Source: Flaccisagitta enflata (Eukaryota). Taken from it: DNA of 64,000 nt. The notes beneath the pieces were generated by a model, which was not told where the DNA came from, did not search any database, and saw only the letters and a list, made by a program, of their open reading frames with translations. This document shows, piece by piece, positions 54,960-64,000 of this stretch. The stretch spans positions 19,902,001 through 19,966,000 of the forward strand of contig OZ231126.1 in assembly GCA_965153355.1 (NCBI GenBank), written 5' to 3'. The position numbers and the translations under genes were made by a program. The first letter of the stretch is position 1, and every line of letters begins with the position of its first letter.

Positions 54960-56029
54960 CACATGCTTCCTGAAAACCAATGAATGGCAGGACGGACAAA
55001 ACACACTTAAACTCTAGAAAACATTTTTGAATGTTTTTTGTTCAATAATGCGTTACTGAAACAAGATAAGGACACGGTGTTTGTTTTGTTTGTTTGTTTT
55101 TTTCGCCGTCATGCTTGTTGCTGTATAATTGTTGATGGAAATGGAATCAGCGGAACGGTTGGTCGGCAGATCGATTGATTGGATGGTTGGTGCATCCTAT
55201 AGTCGGTCCTCTCGTCGGTCCGCGTTCGTCGCCCATAAAAGTTGTTGATGGGCGTAAAGGAGCGGCTAAAAGGAGGAAATTGGTTTTCTGGTTTTATCAC
55301 TGGTGCCATCTTTACTACCTTTCGCCAAAACATAAGTTGGACAAAAGCGCAACAACCTTTCAATACGCAATTTCAGACAATTGCCTAACGCGTCTGTTTA
55401 CCAGCACCGCAGAGATTTCCTTTTTCACGACCCCAAAAACGTCGTTTTGAAAAATGAGGGAATCCACCTTCCTTCTGTTGTACATAAACGGAAGGACAGA
55501 AAGGATTACCGCTGCACCTTATCTGCCCCTCACCCTCAATCCTCCCATATCCTTTCTACATTTTTCAGAAAAAAAGTTCATAAGAACAATATCGCGTGCG
55601 CCAAAACTTTCAGACTTAAAGCCTGACAAAATTTAGCAAAATGCAAAAAAAAAAAAAAAAAAAAAAAATGAACAAATGACACTTAAAACGGTCACTTGAT
55701 CACGGTCAAAATGATTCTTGTTAACAATCTTCAGAATTGAAAAAAAAGTTTGATATTGTTTTAAATCTATATCCAACACCATTTCCATAATCAATTCCAT
55801 CTCAGAATTTTAGTTCCATTTCTTACCCTATGATTTCACATTCCTCATATTTGATTCCATGCCTCTTGTCTTTCTGTAATCTCCTCTCTAATCTTTTTGC
55901 TATTTTCTGACCCACAGCAAATCAGCTTCGCCCTTGCAACAAAATTCCCGCTTTCCCTTGGGCCAAATAAAAACTCGGAATGATGCTGAAAGGACAAATG
56001 TTGAAATTTGGAGGGAAAGGAAAAAATGA

Positions 56030-56117
<88 letters not shown>

Positions 56118-56407
56118 ACGAAAGAAAGAAAGAAAGAAAGAAAAAAAGAAAAAGAAAGATAAAAGAAAGGCGTTGGCTTAGGAGAAGAATAAGGGATCTC
56201 GGATTGAGGATTGAATAGCATGAACAAAGAGCGAAGGTGTTGGGAGTTTATTTTGCCATTTACAAAGCCTCTTTTCAATTTCTTTCTCGAGTTTCATTTT
56301 TCACCATACGGTTGATGAAAGATCCATGGGAGAATGTTGAGTATTTACAAACAATGCGAGATTAAGCTCTTTCATTGTGGAAAGTATTAGGACAGCTCTG
56401 AAGTCCA

Positions 56408-57008
<601 letters not shown>

Positions 57009-57793
57009 TCCGTCGCCCTCATGAAACGCAGCCTCGATTCAAATCTCGTGAGTTTTCAAATTCAATTCCCGGCAGCTTGAGTAAAGGCACACTTACACAT
57101 ATATCAACCCCAGTCAGGGTTCGCCTTCTTTCTGTCTTTCTTCCAATCATTCTGTCGTTCTTTCTTTTTGTTTTTCTTACTCTCTTTCTTTCTTGCTCTT
57201 TTCATCTGATCTTTCTCGCTTTGTTCCCATCCATCTATCCTCCCTCTTACTTCTGGGTACATGAGGATCACTTGCAGATTGTATGCAGCATCATATATCA
57301 AAATTGATACTTCCGCCATCTAATTTCAATTAAGTTTGTAAGTTTTTTACTTAGACAGAAATTCAACTCATTTTACGGTGACACTAACATTTGCCTCAAC
57401 AGAGATACATTCACGATATCAAGTGAGATCCTGACGCTGGTCAGTGGTTGTTCTCGTAGACTCGTACTCCAACTCAACCATGGAGTCTCTCCCCCCCCCC
57501 CCTGAATGACATCCTACAGCTCATGAGAACTCTTGAGGTTGCTCGATGACGATGTAGTGTCAGCGACAATGAAAGTGTGTGCCTTCGTCGTAGCGCCTAC
57601 GTTTTCTTTTCCATGTTTTAGGATATTTGGGGGTTGTAAGTCCTTGAATCATGGAACAGTGTTGTCTTCAGGCTGTGTTTTTTTGGAACGATTAACAATT
57701 GATGCTCTCATTTTGACTGTAAGCAGCGAGACATAACCTTGACTCCAAGTGTACCCCAGACTTAGAAATGAATCTGAATGAGAAAATCAGGGG

Positions 57794-57890
<97 letters not shown>

Positions 57891-58175
57891 ACATTCTTTT
57901 CTACTGTCTTTCACTCATTGAGCGAAAGGAACATGATGATGTTCCCTTCCAAGGAAAAAGAAACTTATGTTCATGGAAGTCGGAGGAACAATGGAGGAGG
58001 GAGGAAGGAAAGAAGAAAGAAGAATAGATAAAACTGGAAGCGGAGGAAAAGAGACTCGCTGCCCAAAAACAAAGAAACTGAAATTTGAAACAAAAGGAAA
58101 ATTATCTCCTCCAAATCTTCGCCCTGAGAAAGATCAACATATTTCACCATTTTTCGGTCTTCTGTACTAGCTTTC

Positions 58176-58223
<48 letters not shown>

Positions 58224-58365
58224 ACATCCGCTTTTAATTTTTGTACAAAAGTATACTTGATTGCCTTCATGCAACATTGCGACTCCAGGACAGTTACTAT
58301 TCTTCTTTATCACTTTGAATAACACTTGTCGATGAACTATAATATGTATAATATTTCATAATCAA

Positions 58366-58563
<198 letters not shown>

Positions 58564-58984
58564 GCGCCTCCAGATGCAAAAGAAAGATAATGCATTTAAA
58601 GTTTGCGCTCAGTTTTGTTTTCGATTTGTCTTGTGGTTGCTTTTCCCATCGGACTAAATTTGGTGACTTTGATTGGAGACCCGAGGGATGAACAGGGTAA
58701 ACTGGGAGCTAAAGTGAAATAAGATGGAGTCTTGGGATACTATCAGTTTGGGAGAAAAATGGGGCAGACTGAAGAAAGATGAAAAATACAAAAAAGACTG
58801 AATGGTGAAAATATGGTTTTCTGGGGGAGTTGGCCACAGCTTATAGGGAGGGGGAAGTGACAAAATATCGTGGAGGCTTGGGTTGGAACCGGACAGAATA
58901 TCAAAGAGGTTTGGGGTGGAACCGAAAAAAATATCATGAAGGCTTAGGGTGGAACCGGATGGTAACTTTGCTACATGGATAGTA

Positions 58985-59595
58985 CGCTGAGGAGATTACA
59001 CTTTTTTTCATGCTGGGACCCAGAGGAGGGCCCAGATTTTTTTATTTTGATGTAACTAATGTATTCTAAAAATTTTAGGACCATAGGCGTTCTTAAACAT
59101 TCATCATATTGCACTCGCAAAATGGCTCAGCCTTAAGGGGGCCAAAATTTCAAAATCATTTTTCCTCAAATCTGATGCCAGATTCAAATTCCTTGTAAAA
59201 AATTATGTCAGATACTATATTTTCTTTTTTCAAAATTTTGTTTTTATGCTGAAAAAAATGCCAAAAACCTCCAAAAATGAGGGTTTTTTAAAAAACAAGG
59301 CCTTTTTTGAGTTTTTTTGCATTTTTTTTAGCTTAAAAACAAAATTTTGAAAAAAGAAAATATAGTATCTGGCATGATTTTTTACAAGGAATCTGAATCT
59401 GGCATCAGATTTGAGGAAAAATGATTTTGAAATTTTAGCCCCCTTTAGGATCAACCATTTTTCAGGTGCAATATGATGAATGTTTAAGAACGTCTATAGT
59501 CCTGAACTTTTTAGAATACATTAGTTACATCAAAATAAAAAAATCTGAGCCCTCCTCTGGATCCCTGCATGAAAAAAAGTGTATTCTCCTCAGCG
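58985..59595. mobile_element. TA-flanked, fully palindromic MITE (611 bp)
   Basis: CGCTGAGGAGA...TCTCCTCAGCG ends with TA on both sides. The arms mirror each other all the way to a centre near 59290. Confidence 0.9.
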
Positions 59596-60263
59596 TAATG
59601 GATAGGTTCAATGTGATTTACAGTAATGGTAAAGATGGCGAGACTCATGTGCGGGATCTAAGGCGGATAGGGGCAGCGAAAATAAACGGTTGAATGAGGG
59701 TGGGGGAAAATGGAAAGATCGAAATTTAAAGGGGAATGATTTGAGGATAGGAAAGGGGGAGTGAGACAAGAGAAGGACGAGGAAAGGGGGGGGGGAGGTA
59801 AAAGAAGAAAAGAGAAAAGGGGTGCGGTACGAAATCACGTTCTCCACCATTCTCCCTCGGCCCATCTTCGCCTTTTCTTTTTCCCTCGTGGTTTCTTTTA
59901 TTTTCTTTTTTTAACCATGGCGCCGGCAAGAATAGATTGGTCCTTGGCCTTATTCTAAATGCTGATTGGTCGTTTGACAAGATGCTGCTGGCTTCTTATT
60001 GGTTGATATGAGACGTGGCTTTGGCTTTCGCCTCAAAGTTAAACGTTTTCAAATTCAATCAGTGCGCCTTGGGCGACGTAACAGCAACAAAGACAACAAC
60101 AGCATCAACTACAGCAACAGCGACGTCAGTCAGATCGTCTATGATCCAGTTCTGTTTGTAACTGCCAACTGTTTGTTCGCGTTTCAGTTTGTTTTGTGTC
60201 TGCCTTTCTATTTGTTTGTTTTTCTGTCTACCCGTCTGTCTTTCTGTTTGTTTTTCTTTTAGC

Positions 60264-60299
<36 letters not shown>

Positions 60300-60476
60300 G
60301 CCTGTCTGTCTGTCTGTCTGTCTATTTATTTTCATCGGCGTGCATTGAATTTACTGAGACTTGGCGCGGGAGCGAGTTGATGAAGCGTTAAAACGAGTTT
60401 TCAAAACTCAACCTTTGGGATTTCGGTCCTAACCTTTTCTCATCTCCCTCAGCTTTAAAATAAGAATTTCTTTCTT

Positions 60477-60563
<87 letters not shown>

Positions 60564-60567
60564 AATT

Positions 60568-60712
<145 letters not shown>

Positions 60713-61067
60713 TTTTCTCTCTTTCTCTTCCCCTCAAATCTTTTTCTATTAAGTCGCGCCCCAAGTTTTTTGGCACAGCAACACTGTCAAATTACCAACG
60801 ATGAGAGAAAAAAAACATGAGACTAACAGACTGTAAATTCGAAAAACAAAAGAACAGACAAGCTCAGACACTTTGTCTCGACTAAAAAAAGCAACATGGG
60901 AGCAAAATATGAAAAGAGAAGAAAAAAAAAGAGAAAGAGAGACAAAAGTAATAACCAATGGGACAAGAGCGCCTCAACGCACTCATATCACGATGATGGA
61001 AAGCAAAAATGAGGTGAAACAGAAGAATACATAAACGCAAATGTGAAAAGAACGATTCACATATTCG

Positions 61068-61176
<109 letters not shown>

Positions 61177-61938
61177 ACATTTTAGATGTAGGTGAGGTCT
61201 GCATTATGGGAGGAGAAAGGTGGTGGGGGAAATGGGAGACAAGGTGGAATTGAGTGGGAAAAAGAAGAAGAAGAAGCTGAAGAAGAAGAAGAAGAAGAAG
61301 AAGAAGAAGAAGAAGAAGAAGAAGAAGAAGAAGAAGAAGAAGAAGAAGAAGAAGAAGAACAAGAAGAAGAACAAGAGGAAAGAAAGAGAACAAGGAGAAA
61401 GAAAGAGAAGGAGAAGACTAGGGGGAAGAGGAATGAAGATGAGGAAGAGCAAAGAGCGGGAATGATTATATTCAAGGGGAATGATATAATGATGGCACGG
61501 AGCAAAAAACCGCGGGGAGTTGGAGCACAAGGCCAACCGCCTCGACACCCGGCCATCCGACACCCGGCACCCCGGATCAGGCAGCGCCGGCACCCGGCGG
61601 TTACAGCGCCGACGCACCCGGCGATCGCAGTACCGACGCCATTGCGCCATGTACATCAGACTCAGAGAGATGTAGATCTATTTATGGTGCCCCAGCACTG
61701 ACAGTTGCCCTCCCTCATTTCATCGTTTTCTTCTTCGCCTCTTTCCTCCTCTTCTTTATCTTCTTCTTCTTCTTCTTCTCCTCCTTCTTCAATTCTTCTT
61801 CTTTTTCTTCTTCTTTTTCTTTATCTTTTTCTTCTTCCTCTTCTTCCTCTGCACTTTTTTTTCGTTCTTTTTTGCTTGTTTTTCTTCTTCTTCTTCTTCT
61901 TCTTCTTCTTCTTCTACTTCTTCTTCTTCTTCTTCCTT

Positions 61939-62532
61939 TTTGGGCAGCGGCCCCAAAGGGCCGATGTCCTGTAGGACACAGGGGTGAATTTCCAGACGTC
62001 CGTACGTCCGTCCGTCCGTACGTACGTCCCCCCCCCCGAGGCCCCTCTCAGACCCCAAATCAGCCCTCTCAAGCCCAAAATCAGCCCTCTCAAGCCCAAA
62101 ATCAGCCCTCTCAGGCCCAAAATCAGCCCTCTCAGACCCAAAATCAGCCCTCTCAGGCCCAAAATCAGCTCTTTCAGCTCCAAAATTAGCTCCAAAATTA
62201 GCCCCAAATCAGCCCTCTCAAGCCCAAAATCAGCCCTCTCAAGCCCAAAATCAGCCCTTTCAGGCCCAAAATCAGTCCTCTCAGGCCCAAAATCAGCCCT
62301 TTCAGCTCCGAAATTAGCTCTCTAATACCCTAAATCAGCCTTGTCAGGCTCAAAATCAAGCATGTCAGCCCTTTAATGTGCCTTCTCAGGACGTCTGGAA
62401 ATTCACCCCTGTGTCCTACAGGACATCGGCCCTTTGGGGCCGCTGCCCTGCTCTCACTCCACTTCTTCAGTTGATCACTCCTAGCAGGGCATCGGGTACC
62501 GCTGACCATGTGCAATCCTTGGATGACTAGTT
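61939..62532 (+). mobile_element. Foldback HINE-like element (family B), third subfamily
   Basis: 60-bp perfect inverted arms 61942-62001 / 62389-62448, CTCTCAGGCCCAAAATCAGCC repeats, tail GCAGGGCATCGGGTACCGCTGACC...ATCCTTGGAT...AGTT. Confidence 0.88.
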
Positions 62533-63065
62533 CTTCTTCTTCTTCTTCTTCTTCTTCTTCTTCTTCTTCTTCTTCTTCTTCTTCTTCTTCTTCTTCTTCT
62601 TCTTCTTCTTCTTGTACTTTTTCTTCTCTTCATCTTCTCCTTCTTCTCCTCCTCCCTCTTCATGTGATGTGGTCATTATGTGAGGGAAACCCATTTTTGA
62701 TGACTCTCTTTATTGAGGTACTGTGACATTTTTATGGAGAAAATGGTGAGGGTGATATTTGTAGAGATGTGCCCATGCGCGTGGGGGAAAGTTGGGGTTA
62801 ATGACATGATCTCTGAAGATATAGTCTTATAGATTATAAATAATCATGTCAAATCATTATTGTATTGTTGTTATTGTATTACAACAGAATGGGTTGATAC
62901 AGGAAATGGATGCTAGTTATTTCATGATCATGCAAACCAATTGTATTGGGTATAGAGTTTTCCTTCCATCTATCTGTTAACCTTCTGTGTGTATTTCTCC
63001 CTGTCTTTTTTCTTTCTTTCCTTCTTTCTTTCTATTTTCTCCCTTTCTTATTTGCTTTCCTCTTC

Positions 63066-63143
<78 letters not shown>

Positions 63144-63858
63144 GGGTTTTTACTCGACCTCCTCCTACGCGCGCCCGCGGGTTTCTTCACCAAAAGTGTC
63201 TCCCGGGACTCAAATCTACAAACGCCTTCAACAATTTTTACGCAAACCTTTGACTACGAGTTTTGAGTACGAGGCGCTCAAAAACTTTTTTTCCAGCGTG
63301 CATACGGTTTGAACAGACTCACAAACGCACCCATTGCAATGTTCAGAAATGAAAATAGAGGAATGAATTGTTTGCTTAGGTTTGGAACTTTTGATATTAT
63401 TTCAACAATTACTCTTCATAAACTACTGGCTTAGATAGCGCTGGGAGATACAAACCATCTGTCAAACACGTATTCTACTACACAAGCTACATCCGCTGTA
63501 CAAGGATATATCTCGTAATTCCACGTGTACCACCCATCCCAAATTAAGAGCTTACAAATTTTAACAATGAGAGTGAAAAAAAGGAAAATGTGAAGGACAT
63601 GGGTGATGGCGGAGGGGGCTAAAGCTTCAAAATGAGAGGCGGTAATGGCAATGGCAATGGCAGCAACAGCAACAGTAACAGCAAAGGCTGTTGGCGTAAC
63701 CCTTTCGTTCCGGGGCGCCAAGAATCTGAGTCCGTCTTAAAACGCCGAATTATGATGTTGCCCAGAAATTTTTAAAGGTTTCCTCATGCAAATGGGAAAA
63801 GTGATTTTCTAAAGCGAGAGCGCCCGAGATTTTTTGGGGGGCAAAAACCCGCGCTGCC

Positions 63859-63997
<139 letters not shown>

Positions 63998-64000
63998 GCC

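Noticed and set aside
61192..61701. 169-aa Glu-rich ORF
   Set aside because: Mostly (GAA)n plus short CACCCGGC repeats, with no recognisable domain.

Overview
This is AT-rich, microsatellite-dense animal (invertebrate-like) genomic DNA, almost entirely non-coding. The only protein-coding sequence I can support is one internal 140-nt exon (20434-20573, + strand, CAG|...AG|GTAAGT) encoding C2H2 zinc fingers of the ZNF423/ZNF521/Oaz family. No flanking exons were recognised, so the window is probably two very large introns of that gene. The rest contains long (AG)n/(AC)n/(TTC)n/(ATC)n arrays, several minisatellites and many non-autonomous transposons. These include about 12 short DINE-1/HINE (Helentron-derived)-like elements, and 4 full plus 1 truncated copy of a related 'foldback' family with 56-65 bp inverted arms enclosing 21-bp tandem repeats. 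There are also five TA-flanked TIR/palindromic MITEs (one hosting a nested insertion), one hAT-type MITE with an 8-bp TSD, and a possible Helitron 3' end. Nearly all long ORFs in the track are translations of simple repeats. I saw no transposase, RNA gene or CRISPR array. The most notable observations are the foldback HINE-like architecture with arm co-variation, and oppositely oriented repeat copies bracketing the zinc-finger exon.
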